A stretch of DNA of 64,000 bases from the NCBI RefSeq assembly GCF_009914755.1, contig NC_060928.1. One strand, given 5' to 3'. This document shows, piece after piece, positions 28,695 through 45,746 of this stretch. This stretch comes from the human T2T-CHM13v2.0 reference genome, Homo sapiens. Position 1 is the first letter of the stretch. Each line of letters starts with the position of its first letter. The translations under genes and the position numbers were made by a program. Under the pieces are notes generated by a model. It did no database searches and was not told where the DNA came from. It worked only from the letters and a program-made list of their open reading frames with translations.

Positions 28695-29010
28695 ATAATC
28701 GACTGAGCTATATAATGCCAAGAAATAAACCATGAAAAATTTCTGTAGTTTAACAGCAACACAGATTTATTTCTTGCTCACACAAAGTTTCAGTTGGGTC
28801 CGGCAGCTCTTCAGGACTGCTCTCTTCTATATTGTGACTCAGAGAGCCAAGCTTTCCCTATTTTGTACTCCCATCATTTTAATGTGTGGATTTCCTGAGC
28901 TATCTGGACAGGGGAAGACAGTATTAAAGGTTTATACGGGATGTTTTTAAGGTCAAAACCTGGCCACATGGCTCTAACATAACTCCAAAGGAGGCTGTAA
29001 TATAGAGGTT
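28695..29010 (-). mobile_element. Old MaLR LTR (MLT1J/K-like)
   Basis: tgtagtttaacagcaacacagatttatttcttgctcacac ... ccacatggctctaacataactccaaaggaggctg. Confidence 0.6.
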
Positions 29011-29361
29011 AATGCCATCTATAGGACATAGTTGAGGCTCTGAGGTTAAGCAACAAAAATAAATTTTCCCTCGCGTCAGATAACAATGTGAGGCACACTT
29101 TCAGGAACTTGTCAAGGAGCTTGGGGATCAGTGATTGCAATGCTTTCCCACATGATTAATGGTGATATAGAAGATAGAATATTTTGATTATAGGGGAAGG
29201 AAAAAATGGTATATCAGAGGAGCCATTATCCCAGTAGAGTGAGGCAGGATTGGTGATGATAGAGTTAAGGTGTTATGACTGAAATCTATAAAATAAAGAA
29301 ATGGCAATTTAACTTCTACAGACACTGGGATATATATGATATGGTATAAGAAATGGGAGAT

Positions 29362-29784
29362 TGTGTTAGTCTGTTCTCACATTGCTCTAAAGAAATATCC
29401 GAGACTGGGTAATTTATAAGCAAAAGATATTTAATTGACTCATGGTTCTGCAGGCTGTACAGGAAGCATAGTGGATTTGGCTTCTGGGGAGGCCTCAGGA
29501 AGCTTCCAACCATGGCAGAAGGCAAAGGGGGAACAAGATGTCTCACATGGCAGGAGCAGGGGCAAGAGGAAGAGAAGGGGGAATTGCTACACTCTTTTAA
29601 ACAACCAGATCTCAGGAGAACTCACTCACTTTCCTAAGGATGGTACCAAGAGGGATGGTGCTAAACTATTCATGAGAAAGCCAACCCTCATGATATAATT
29701 ACCTCCTATCAGACCCTACCTCCAGCATTTGGGATTACGATTCAACATGAGATTTGAGCAGGGACACAGATCAAAGCTATATTA
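29362..29784 (-). mobile_element. MSTA-like MaLR solo LTR
   Basis: tgtgttagtctgttctcacattgct ... gggacacagatcaaagctatatta; 5-bp TSD gagat/aagat. Confidence 0.88.
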
Positions 29785-32700
29785 AAGATCTTCTCAGGGT
29801 TATAATAAAAGCACTAGTAGTTGTGATAAGCATTGTGAACGTCTCAGAAAAGTGGTTAACAAAAATAAGTGATACTTTAGAGGACAGATGTATGATGTGG
29901 CTAAAGTGAGAAAGCAATAAAATGAATTCCTCTCTCTTTATAAAAATACATATAAATTAAATAAATCTTCAGGTTCTAATTTTGATAAATCCTAAAAAGT
30001 AATATTTTAGTTACTTAATTATTAAGTAGTTAATGATTTTTAACTATGTTCAAAGCGTTTGATATGATATCATTATTGGTGTCTTCATATACTTTTCCAT
30101 TCACTTTTGATTGTTTGCTTATTCATTATGTACGGAAAGATACAATATTTAGCCTCGACTGAAATTGCTGTTGTCCCTCAGAATACATTTAAATTGTTTG
30201 ACTTTGTAAATGTACAAGTTATTTATTCCCTTATTCTTCTTTGTAAATTTGCCTTCTTTGTATTTTCTGAAAATATTTCAACTATTTTCAGGTTTCTGTT
30301 ATCTGGATCTAGCCATGCAAAGAAAAGTTGTCATTTTCCATACCTTTAAAACTTAAAATTGACAACCATTCCCAATTTATTTCAATTTCTAGGTGAGATT
30401 TAGAGTTTCATTTATGATGGAATGACCTCCTTAGGGACAGACATCTAATTAATAGTTAATTCATTTAAGAAATTCAAGGTACTGTGTTTCTTCTCCCTGC
30501 TCCCAAAGAGCTTATAGTCCAATCAGGGAAACAAACAGGAAGTGATTGCAATTCAGGGCTGTGTGCTAAGTGAGAAGTAAGCAGGAAACGATGCGGGAGC
30601 ACAAAGATAGGCACTAGCCTGGACCAGAGTTGGGCACTGATGGCACCCAGGAGTGCTGGCCCAGCCAGTGTCAAAATCTTCAATGAATGTAGCAAGAACA
30701 GAGGAACTAACAATGCTAAAGCATGTGCCTCCTATGAGCAAGGATTGTTCAGTGAGGGCAGAGTGGCCATGACCTGAAAGCAAGCCTGGGAAACCAGTGC
30801 TGATCGTGCCCCACTACCCACCCTTGTGATAATTAATATGCAGGATAATTAGGGCAGAAGAGAATGACCAGGCAGGCCTTCATTTTAACATCCTGAATTA
30901 CTTTGGATTATTCATTTTAGATGTAAAGACTTTTTAATTTCATATTTATGCAAGACTTTTCTCAGATTTATGAAACAAATTTGAAAAGTCAGAATATTTT
31001 GGAACTAATGGTATATTTTACGGGAAAATGGTGAAAACAACAGCTTTGTAAAAATATAAAGGCTGATTACAAAAGGCTGAATACATATATATTTTATATT
31101 ATATATGGGTGAGTATGTTTATAAAATGCAAACAAATTTATATGTAACTATTGAGAAGTTTTAGTTTTTAATATTTTCATTCCATAGAATACCATGGTGT
31201 ACACAGTATTAATCATGGTCACTTTGTTTCAGAAATGTAATGATCCTGTTGCTGTAAAGGAAAATAAAGAAAGAGGGGGAAAATGCACTTAATAAATGCG
31301 TTCCAGAGTAATGTTCATAGAAATAAATCTTAGTCCATAATCATGAGAATGAAGGGTTGATAAGTTGCCAGAGGAAAAAATGATTTACAGTAATATGAAT
31401 TTTAACACAACTGTAATTACATTTAAAATTTCAATTTGTTTAATTGATGTTTCTCCAAACTTATTATTTTTAATACTCATCATTATTTATATACCTTCAA
31501 TAATTATTTTTTAAATTCCACTAATTTATATATTAATGAATTTGAATTGACTGGTTTGTATCTGTGGGTTTTTAGTACTGAACTAGATTTCTGTTAATTG
31601 TAGAGCACTTCATCCATTTAGAATTTTTTAGTCTAGTTAGATGCAGTAAAAACTGGTGTGAGTGGTTGGACAGGAAACAATATTTCAATTTTGTGTCTAA
31701 TTTTTTGAGTGATTTGGATAAAATAAAAACATTTGTGATGATCTAATCAGTGGGATAAATTCATTTGAAAATCTTTATATCAAATAGGTAAGTTAGCAAA
31801 CATGCCAAACTAAAGAAATGAACCACTTCTATTTTAGCTTGACTTTCATTTGCTACAATTATTTTTTATCCTAATAATATTTTTTGTTCTCTGCATTTTA
31901 GATGAAATGAATATTGACATGTATATATTTATGAATACATTTATGTTTGACTGTGTTTGTTTTATTTTAGAGTATATGTCAATATTGTGTGTTTTAAACT
32001 AATCCTTCAAAGACTAGGAAATAGAACTCTATACCTTAACCGATCAGTAGGTACTTAAGCACTAAAGAAATTCCTCTTGATAATAAAATACTTCCAAACT
32101 ACTCATGTTTGTATATTAATATTGCTGAAATGTTTGTCCTTCTTTCTCTGGGATGAGGTAGCAATGATTTTATTTTAGTAATTGAAGTATAATTCTTTTC
32201 AGAAAATGGAATATAAAGTTAGTCTTTCAAATGAATGGGAAATTCTAATTTACAAGAAAAATAAAAGCACTCTGTAATTGCCTATGATGTACTACTTCTG
32301 CCTGTGAGGTTGCATTTCTCTGTACCTTAATACAAAGTACAGTAATAGAAAAATGATTCAGTAAGTGTAATTCTATTACTTTCTAATATGACACCAATAT
32401 GATACTTTTAATGAATGAAATACAAAGTTATTTTAAAAACTGCAGATTTGTCATTAACTAAAAAATGTTACATTTTATGTGTTAGAGTGTTCTTATTCAA
32501 CTATTTATTGCTGAGTATTAAATTGCACACTTCAACACCGTGTGTTATTGCACAGTACTTAACAAATAGTAAGTCCAGAATAAATAGTTATTGACTGAAT
32601 TAATTTATTAATATATTCAAGGCTGTTCCAGGTGTTGTGGGAGCTGCAAAGGGTGAGTAATACACCATAGCTTCTTTCAAAATGAATGATACAAGTAAGA

Positions 32701-33351
32701 ATAATATGAGATCACATGGGAAGAAATTAATGTTGACCGTAGCCAATGAGAGAATCTTTATAAAAGTCATAGAATATAAGTTAGATATTGAGGATAGGGT
32801 AAATAAAAGAGAAATTTGGCTAAATTTGCAACCGTGGAAAAGAAAGAAAATGTCAAGTAAAATCGGAAAGGTTAGGCTTAAAAAAAACATTTTGAAACAG
32901 CACAGTAAAGTATCATTTGAATACAAAAGGAATTATAGATAGGCAAAATGAATTACAGATTATCATGAATAATACGATCAACTTTACCCTCACTTTACAG
33001 CAAAAAGAATCACAGGCCAATAGGTGAGTTTACATGTTTGAGATTCCATAGAAAATAGTAAAAATGGTAGCATAACTGTTTGGGAAGTCATAAGGAAAGA
33101 AGTCAAGACTTCTCTTTCAAAACTTTCCAAACTCACGTATATTCAAACATCTGGAAAAATGCTAGCAGCCTTCTAAAGAAATGGCTCTTAGTATTTGAGA
33201 AGATTACCTGTAGTATTACCAAAGGCCACACACACACACGAAGGGAAGCGTAGTGGAGAAAGTTTTATTCTTCAGGCCAAAAACACATATATTTAAGTCT
33301 TGGTTCAGCCACTTACTTGTGTTATGGCCTTAAGCAAACTATATAATTTTT

Positions 33352-33689
33352 CTTCCTTTCTTTTTTTTTTCTTTTTTAAATACAGGATTTTGTTTTGTTG
33401 CCCAGGCTTGAGGACAGTGGCACAATAATAGGTCTTTGTAACTGTAAAGTTCTGGACTCAATCATTCCTGCTATTGAAGGCTCCTGAGTAGCTAGGACTA
33501 CAGGCCTGTGTCCTGCCACCATGCCTGGCTAACTATTTTAAATTTTTTATTTATTTTCTTATTTTTATTTTTGTAGAGACAGGGTCTTGCTATGTTGTCC
33601 AGGCTGCGCTTGATCTCCTGGGCTCAAACAATCCTCCCACCTTGACCTCCCCAAACTCTGGGATTAAGTGTGAACTACCAGGCCCAGCC
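33352..33689 (-). mobile_element. AluJ inserted in a MIR
   Basis: Diverged antisense Alu (ctcctgggctcaaacaatcctccc) with MIR sequence on both flanks. Confidence 0.8.
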
Positions 33690-33758
33690 AAGCTGTTTAG
33701 TTTTTCGAACCCTCGTTTTTTTTGTTGTTGTTGTTTGTTTTTTTGGTGCAATCATTTT

Positions 33759-34072
33759 ATTTTATTTTATTTTATTTTTTTAATTATACTTTAAGTTCTA
33801 GGGTACGTGTGCACAATGTGCAGGTTTGTTACATATGTATATATGTGCCATGTTGGTGTGCTGCACCCATTAACTCGTCATTTACATTAGGTATATTTGC
33901 TAATGCTATCCCTCCCCCCTCCCCCCACCCTTTGTAGGGACATGGATGAAGCTGGAAACCATCATTCTCAGCAAACTATCACAAGGACAAAAAACAAATC
34001 ACCACATGTTCTCACTCAAAGGTGGGAATTGAACAATGAGAACACTTGGACACAGGAAGGGGAACATCACAC
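33759..34072 (-). mobile_element. 5'-truncated L1PA4/5 with 5' inversion
   Basis: Antisense 3' UTR at 33759-33930 joined to a sense ORF2-end/3' UTR piece at 33931-34072; TSD atcatttt at 33751 and 34073. Confidence 0.9.
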
Positions 34073-34362
34073 ATCATTTTTTATTTTTAAAACAATGTAT
34101 GCCTTTCTGGCTGTTAGGATCCATTTAGAAAATTTTTTCTTGCAATGCATTCTTAGAAGAATGGGCTAGGTGATTTTCCTAAAGTGAATATCTGAGTATC
34201 TTACATTCTGGTGATTTCTAAACTTCTTACCGGCCTGAAAGGTATTACAAGACCTAGACACTGTATTCCTCTCTAACTTCCTCTTGGAGCCACTCCTCTC
34301 TGTTCCAGTCATCCAAGGCTTCTCTATGCCCCACTAATGGACCAGGCTTACACACACTTTAC

Positions 34363-36364
<2,002 letters not shown>

Positions 36365-36690
36365 CCTACTTTAGATGAATTGCACCTGCTGTTTCCTATT
36401 TTGGGAATCTTTTTCCTTCTGATTTTCATATGGCTGCTGCTTATCATTCTTGACTCAGCCCAAATGACGTCTTTAGAAAGACATTCTCGGCCCACCTAAT
36501 GTAAAGTAGCTGTTTCCTGCAACTAATATGGTGTTTTTTTATGTCATTTATCAGTAGCTGAAATGATCTGTTCATTTGTTTATATATTTGTTTATTGTCT
36601 AGGTTAGGAAACTTTTCTTTCTTGTTCATTGTTCAGAACTTAGTACTATCCTAGTTGGTAAGCCCTCATAAGAGTTAATGAATAAGGAAT
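36365..36690 (+). mobile_element. L2 3' end (upstream part at about 34160-34355)
   Basis: ttgcacctgctgtttcctattttgggaatc ... ctcagcccaaatgacgtc. Confidence 0.65.
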
Positions 36691-37020
36691 ACGTTAATTT
36701 TTATTACCAGAATTATGAGTTCAATATGGAAGATTTGGCGGAAAGACATAAAGAAAAACCAGGAAGGCTTTAACCTAGACATATACAAACATTTTGGTTA
36801 TTTTAACATTATGTTACTTTAGTAAAATATTTGTTTTTATTTTTCTTAAAAAATAAGCAATGATTAAAAAAAAACCTCTATGATACTCCTTACCTGCAGA
36901 TATGGCTCTAAAATATGACAAAATAGAAAATGGCACCTTTTTTTAACTTTAGGCTTAAATAATTTAAATAAGGCTAGATTAGAAGAAAGCCATGCAGAGC
37001 CTATGGAAACATAGTGTATG

Positions 37021-37663
37021 TGTAACAAAGAATTTGACCTTGCCAAAGAAAAGAGGTCTGTCCTTTGCCCTCGGTTTCTGAGTGGTAATCTGTGTCATAC
37101 CTGATAGGAGTGTCTTTGTTTAGAATGGAGGCTGGCCACACTTAATAATCTTAGAGTAGAGGCTGACTAAGCCAGAAAGATCAATCATGTGATTTAGGAT
37201 GGTGGCTTTGGGTCATGCAATATCAGTCAACTTGGAGGCTGAGATTAACCATGTAGTCAATCAATCAATCAGTCAATGATACCTGAGTAATGAAGCCTTA
37301 TGAGAAACTCTGGACATTATAGCTCAGGCAAGCTTCCCTTTTTGGCAGTACTCCATCTATGTTGCCACACATCAATTCCAGGAGGGTAATAGGTCCTGGG
37401 TACAACAGAAGCTTACATTTGAATCCTTCCAGTTTCTACCCTATGTGTCTTTTCCCTTGGCTGGTATTTTATCTGTACCCTACCTCCATAATAAACCATA
37501 ACCAAAAACATAGCTTTCAGCCAGTTCTGTGAGTCCTTTCAGTGAATGATTGCATTAGAGGGTGGTTTTGTGAATCCTGCAATCTTGCTGTTGGTGTCAA
37601 AAGCAAGGACAGTTTTGAGGACTGTGCTCTCAGACTTTGAGTTTGGCTATCTCTTGCTAGTAT
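37021..37663 (+). mobile_element. MER77/MER21-group ERVL LTR
   Basis: tgtaacaaagaatttgaccttgcc...gaggtctgtcctttgccctc; tcaatcaatc; aataaacc. Confidence 0.75.
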
Positions 37664-37929
37664 ATCACCATGAGAAAGAAGATGTTGGTTGTCTTATAGA
37701 TGTTAACATTTTAGACTTGAACGGCTTGCAGGTAATACCTATTCTAATATTTCGTTTTATGGAAAAGCATGAAGGAGTTTATGATTTGCTTTAGTTCACA
37801 AGGCTGCTTTAGTGACTGGGTCAGAGTTAGAAATCAGGTTTATCAATCTCATTATTTTGGGTTTCCCACTATATACTGTGTTATTTGACACAAGAGTGAC
37901 ATAGTAAGTATCACTTGAGTACAAGTGAT

Positions 37930-38242
<313 letters not shown>

Positions 38243-38270
38243 TGATGTTTATTTTTAAATATTATGATAA

Positions 38271-38577
<307 letters not shown>

Positions 38578-39448
38578 TAACTTATAAATTAGTAAGATGT
38601 TTATCTCATAGTATTGTATATTCAAAGATAAACTTAGAATAAAACTTGTATCTTAATTACAGGAAAAATATCCATGCCACAAAAATGTCCATTTTTTAAG
38701 AACTACAACGATTTTTAACAAGAAGGTCTTAATTTTGCTTTGTGATTAACATTATGGCCACTGGTTTAACAAGTTAATGTATTAGGTTCTCTTTGGCTAA
38801 CTCCAGCATATGATGAGATAATAACGTGATGGGAAATTCATACAATTTTCAGAATTATACACACTGACAGTTGTGAAAAATAAACATTTCCAGTGAGGCT
38901 GACATGACAACTTTAGGGAAAAAAAGCAAGCATTACTCGGAAATGCTAAGACAACTAAGCAAGTATAGGGCTATATAGCAAGTAAATGTCTTTAAACATT
39001 CCTCTGTATTACATATGAGTGCTTTTTCTGGATAATGTATTTTCATCAAAATAACCAACATATTATAAAAAATGATGCTTTAAAAAGGAAACTGCTGTTC
39101 TTCATCAAAATAGTTTGGAAACATGACATCTCATTTCCTGTAATTAAATGAGTTATTATTATCATTTAGTGACATCATAATGGGATATTATTAGGTAAAT
39201 GAGATATTATTTTCTTTACATTATAGTGATACAACAGTAGAGACTCTGAAACCTCAAGAACTGATCAGATGGAGCACAAAGAGTGAGATAGTTATATTTC
39301 TCCAGACTTTTCTAGCAGGAAGTACAATAAATAGTCCGTATTTATTCCTTTATAACTATCTTCTACTTAAGTGGACACAGCACATGGTGTGTCTGTTCTG
39401 TGAGTCCAGCACATGCTGAACATAAAAACAAGTATTTTTTAATTTCTA

Positions 39449-39537
39449 GTTTTTTTTTAATTAAAAGTATTATAGAGATGCAGTCTTGCTATGTTGCCCA
39501 GGCTGGTCTCCAACTCTTGGCCTTAAGCAATGCTCTC
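39449..39537 (-). mobile_element. Alu monomer (FLAM/AluJ) fragment
   Basis: tagagatgcagtcttgctatgttgcccaggctggtctccaactc. Confidence 0.7.
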
Positions 39538-40156
39538 ATAAAGGTAATTCTTTTGAGAAAAGCTTTTTAACTTGTCTGTCATTATCATGAGGCATTTTTA
39601 GCACCTATTATATGTATTGTAAAGAAAATCTGTCATATAATAAAATCTAGATATATTACCTTGTGTTTACTCTACCGGCATTTGAGAAAAGGGGATACAC
39701 TCAGTAAAGGTGCAATGAAAGAAATTCAAATGACATTTTTAGAAGGCAGTATGTTTGGCTAAAGTCTGCAGGAATCAATTTTGCAGAGGTAGAGATAATG
39801 TAGGCATTTGAGTAACAAGGGATTTACTGTTTAGTGTTCTGTAGACACATACCATTTACATCTTTTTGTGTGTTGGGCAGTGAATATATACAAATGAGAA
39901 CTGTATTTTTCATTTCTTAATTTCAACTTTTATTGAATATTCGGGGGTACATGCACAGGTTTGTTACATGGGTATCATGATGCTGAGGTCTGAGGTACAA
40001 TAGATCCCATCACCCAGGTAGGTAGCATTGTACCCAGTGGTTAGGTTTTTCACCCTTCTGACCCTTTATCTCCCACATGCCAAGTAGTCCCCAGTGTCTA
40101 TTGTTGCCATCTTTTTGACCAGTATTACCCAATGTTTATCTCCCACTTATAAGTTA

Positions 40157-41195
<1,039 letters not shown>

Positions 41196-43396
41196 ATCAA
41201 TAGTAATAATAGCCATTTTAACTAGAGTGAGATCGTATGTCATTGTGGTTTTATATTTTACAAATGGGTAATGAGTAGTGTGTAGAACAAATTATAAATG
41301 AGAGTTGAGGAACTAGAATGGTGGCTGGCAGAAGTTTATGGGAACACAGATTAGAAGGTAATGAAGTACACTTTGTTACTGAAATATTCAATTCCTCTAG
41401 TACACAAAGAAGAATGAAGGTTAGAAATAATCACTTTTCCCAGATTTTTTTTATATGTGAAAGTTTTAAATATTTTAACTCTTATATTATTTTCCCCCTT
41501 ACCATGTTTATCACCTGCCAAAGAACTACAGTATAATTGAGGTATTTTATTGAAGAGAAATGTTGCTTTCAGTGGAGTTGACTATTTTATAAAGAATATT
41601 TAAGTATTGCTTTATTGACCGTGATACAAACTCATGCAGTTAGGTTTAGAATCAAGGAGATGGTGTCTGTGATGTTAGTTCTACTTTGTCATGAGAGTAG
41701 AACCTCTATTATTTTTGTTTTTCTTCTCTAATATTTTAAGTGATAAAAAGAAAAAAGCATGAATTTTTAAACTAACAGCAGTCATTAAATTTTAACTTTG
41801 AAATAGGAAGTTTTCTACTTAAGTAATATATTTATACTCATCAGTTTTCTTTTTCTATTACTTAATAATAAAATTATATTTACTTTATTCCCATGCACAC
41901 ATTAAAATGAAAGTGTTCTGAGTTTAGTTTTAAATTTTGTATGGATTCAGATATTGGTTTAAATTCATATAAATTATGAATCCATATAAATATTAGCTTT
42001 TTCTAAACAGCAAAGTATTATAGCATAACTTTTAAGTTTTAGTATTTTAGTAGTGTGCTACTTGGAAAAATTAATATTGTAATTTACCTTTTCTCAGCAT
42101 AAGAGGAAGAATGAAAAATTCTGGGCATACCTTTCAGAATCTCATTTTGCTAGATATTTCACATTTAAATACAAAAACACACAGCAATCCAAACTAAATA
42201 TTCTCCTTTGCAAAAATGTATAATGACATCATATTATAATAAGGAATAACATAAGCTCTCTATTCATATTTGCAAAATATATGTTTTTGGACTTGTAATG
42301 GGACTTGCCTCCAGAGCAAGAATTCATAGAATTAAGACACATTTTTGAAAATATTCATGAAAGATGTATTTTGAGTTACTCAAAACCATAAGGTAAATCA
42401 ATACTTAGCAAAGAACAAGTGAAAATACTTTGTGGCTGCTATGCTGAGAGTTTAAGGCAATTCTATCATAAGGATTGAGTATGCTTTCTTAACGCAATCC
42501 AGAAATCAGAGCCAAATAACTATCCTCAGAGCAGTAATTATATAATATTGCCAGGTTAATTGTCTTTTCAAAAAATAACAGTGAAATCACAGTATTAAAA
42601 ATATATGCACTACTGGTGTATTGTTTTCTCTTCTCCACTGCATACGTAGTGTGTACAACTCAACTTTTACCAAACTGTATGTACCCAGTCTATTCCTATG
42701 TCTTGCTCTTGACTGTGTCAATGATGAAATCTTGTCACTTGTACATCTCTCATTTTTTTGCAATTTATAATTTATCTTCCTGGGATAATGTGATTTACTT
42801 AAGGACACTTACCTAATTAGTTTATCTCTTTTTTTCCCAAGTAAAAAGGCAAATGTAATTAATTGTAAGGTAAGTCTCAGAATGTTTGTGTTTAGACTGA
42901 CACAGGGAAGTTTGACTGAGGATCTTCTACAATAACTATGTCACAAGTGTTTTAATAATAAAACTGTGTTTCCCTGTGAGTCACTCTGTAGAATCCTATG
43001 GTTGGAATAGTGGAGACGGAAATGTATATCTTGGCAGCACCTGATCGTAAGGTAGAATGACTAGAAGAATGCTGACTAGGCTGTAAACGTCTTATTAATT
43101 TAAATAATCCTCTCCATTTTTAGACCTCACAATGATTACAGCAGTTATACTATGTCAAGTAAATATAAAATAAAAAACCACTGAAGTCCAAAGCAGCATG
43201 TCAAATATTGCCCTTAGATATTTTAGGCCTGTTCTGATAGTTATTTGACTAAAATATAACAGTATAGATATGTGATTAATAACTTCTCTATGAGACATAA
43301 TTAATGACTGTTTTAGTAATTTAAAAATATTAATAAAGAGATTCATGAAACTACTGGGTTGTTTGGGAACCGACTTTATACAATAGTTATATCTTC

Positions 43397-43704
43397 CTTT
43401 TTTTTTTTTTTTTTTTTTTGGGACAGGACCTTGCTCCATCGCCCATGCTGGAGTGCAGTGTGGCACAGTCATGACTCACTGCAGCCTCCAAGTCCTGGGC
43501 TCAAGCAGACTTCTTGCCTCAGCCCCCTGCGTAGCTGGACTGTAGGCATGCACCACCATACTTGGCTAATTAAAAAAAAAAATTGCAGAGAGGGGGGTCT
43601 CGCTGTTTTGCCCAGGATGGTCTTAAATTCCTGGCTTTAAGTGATCCTTGTGCCTCAGCCTCCCAAAGTGTTGGGATTACAGGTGTGAGCCACTATGCCC
43701 AGCT
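43397..43704 (-). mobile_element. AluJ
   Basis: ctcactgcagcctcc..cctgggctcaagc; TSD aat(a/g)gtta(t/c)atctt. Confidence 0.88.
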
Positions 43705-44409
43705 GAATGGTTACATCTTACTTTTTTTTTTTTTTTTCAATTCTGTAGCTTCAGAAATTCATTATTTCTGCCATTAGGAACAATGATCTGGAGAATTGAT
43801 TCACACTAACCAAACATAAGGGGCTGATTTATAAATCATATTTGATTTACTTATGAAAGGCATTGCTATTTTTTTACTAGAATATAGTTATCTATAAGAT
43901 ATATGAGGAGAGACACCATGCCCTTTACATTCATTGTCATATCCCTAGAGCTTAGAAAATTAATTCTTGAATTACTTCACTAATAATTACTCAGTTTAGT
44001 CTTAATGCCTCTTGATATCAAGTCATTTGGGAGATTACATGAGTAGTCAGTATGGCTGAAAGATTTGTAAATGTCTCCTTTTGAAGAGAATACTTCATAA
44101 CATTGTGTTTGGTTTAGTATGTAATTTACTAATCTTTTGACTTTTGTTAATAATTAGCATTTCCTTACAGTTAAACAAACTCTTCTAAAAATAGCTACAT
44201 AAATCTTACATACCAATTAATTAGAACACGTATTACATAACATTTTTGATGGCCTTTATATATTTGTTTAAATTTTATATAAGTAAATTCTTTCCAGTGT
44301 GTAATTAAAATGCCCAGTGTAATATATCAATTTATCTTAAATGCTTTAACCACTTTAATGTTATTTATTTTATACATATATCTTTATTTTTTATGATTCT
44401 ATGACATTT

Positions 44410-44890
44410 CATGTTATTAGTTGAAAAATAAAAATTCTGTTTTATGGATTCATGGTGTACAACATGATTTTGATATATGTGTACACTGTTGAATAAATCA
44501 TATTTGTCTTCCTGGATAAATAACATAGCCATCACCTCACATATTTATCATTTTTGTGGTGAAAACATTTTACTTTCTCAGCAATTTTCAAGTATACAAC
44601 ACATTATTATTAATAATAGTCACCATGTTGTACAACAGATCTTCAGAACTTACTTCTCCTAACTGAGGCTTTGTACTTTTGTCCTTGATCTCCCTTTTCC
44701 ACACATACCTCAGCCTCTGGTAAACACCATTCAACTTTCTGCTTCTCTGAGTTTGTTTGGCTGTTTAAGATTTCCACACCCATGTGAGATCATGTGGTAT
44801 TTATGTTCTGTGCGTGACTTACTTCACTTAGTGTAATGTCCTCCATGTTCATCCATGTTGTTGTAAATGACACGATTTCCTACTTTTAGC
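44410..44890 (-). mobile_element. L1MA (MA5-8-like) 3' end
   Basis: catggtgtacaacatgat, ccatcacctcacatatttatcatttttgtggtg, gtgagatcatgtggtattt. Confidence 0.8.
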
Positions 44891-45432
44891 CACTTTTAAA
44901 GGAGAAAATTGTACATGTTACAGTGATCCAAAAGCAAATCAGTATGCTTCCATTAAAACTGATTACAAATGTATTAATGCTAGGCATTTATATTTCTTTT
45001 CATCTTTTTCTTGTTTTTACATTTTGCAGATGTAGCATTTATATTTCTCTGGGATTTCAGAAATGTAAGACAAGTCCATTTTTTCACTTTCTTAGGCTTT
45101 AACCAAACTAAACCTACATGAAAGCCATCTCTTAAATGTTAAAATTCTGAGTTGTCAACTAGATGACTGTTTGGTCTAGTGATTGGAATTTGCTGTATAT
45201 TCAGAGAAGCTTCAAACCCACCATACTGGCCATAATGTTGGAGTTTGCTTTTACAATTAAACTCTACTTGCTATGTGCTCTTATGTCTTTTTTTTTTTTT
45301 TAAGTTAAAGCCCACCTTTTAATTTTGTGTAATATGGGTGTCCTCTCACAAAATGATTTTCTTTTTAAATCCCATTTGCTTGTGTTATTTAACACTTTTC
45401 TTGTTCCTGCTATGTTAACATTATTAAAACCT

Positions 45433-45746
<314 letters not shown>

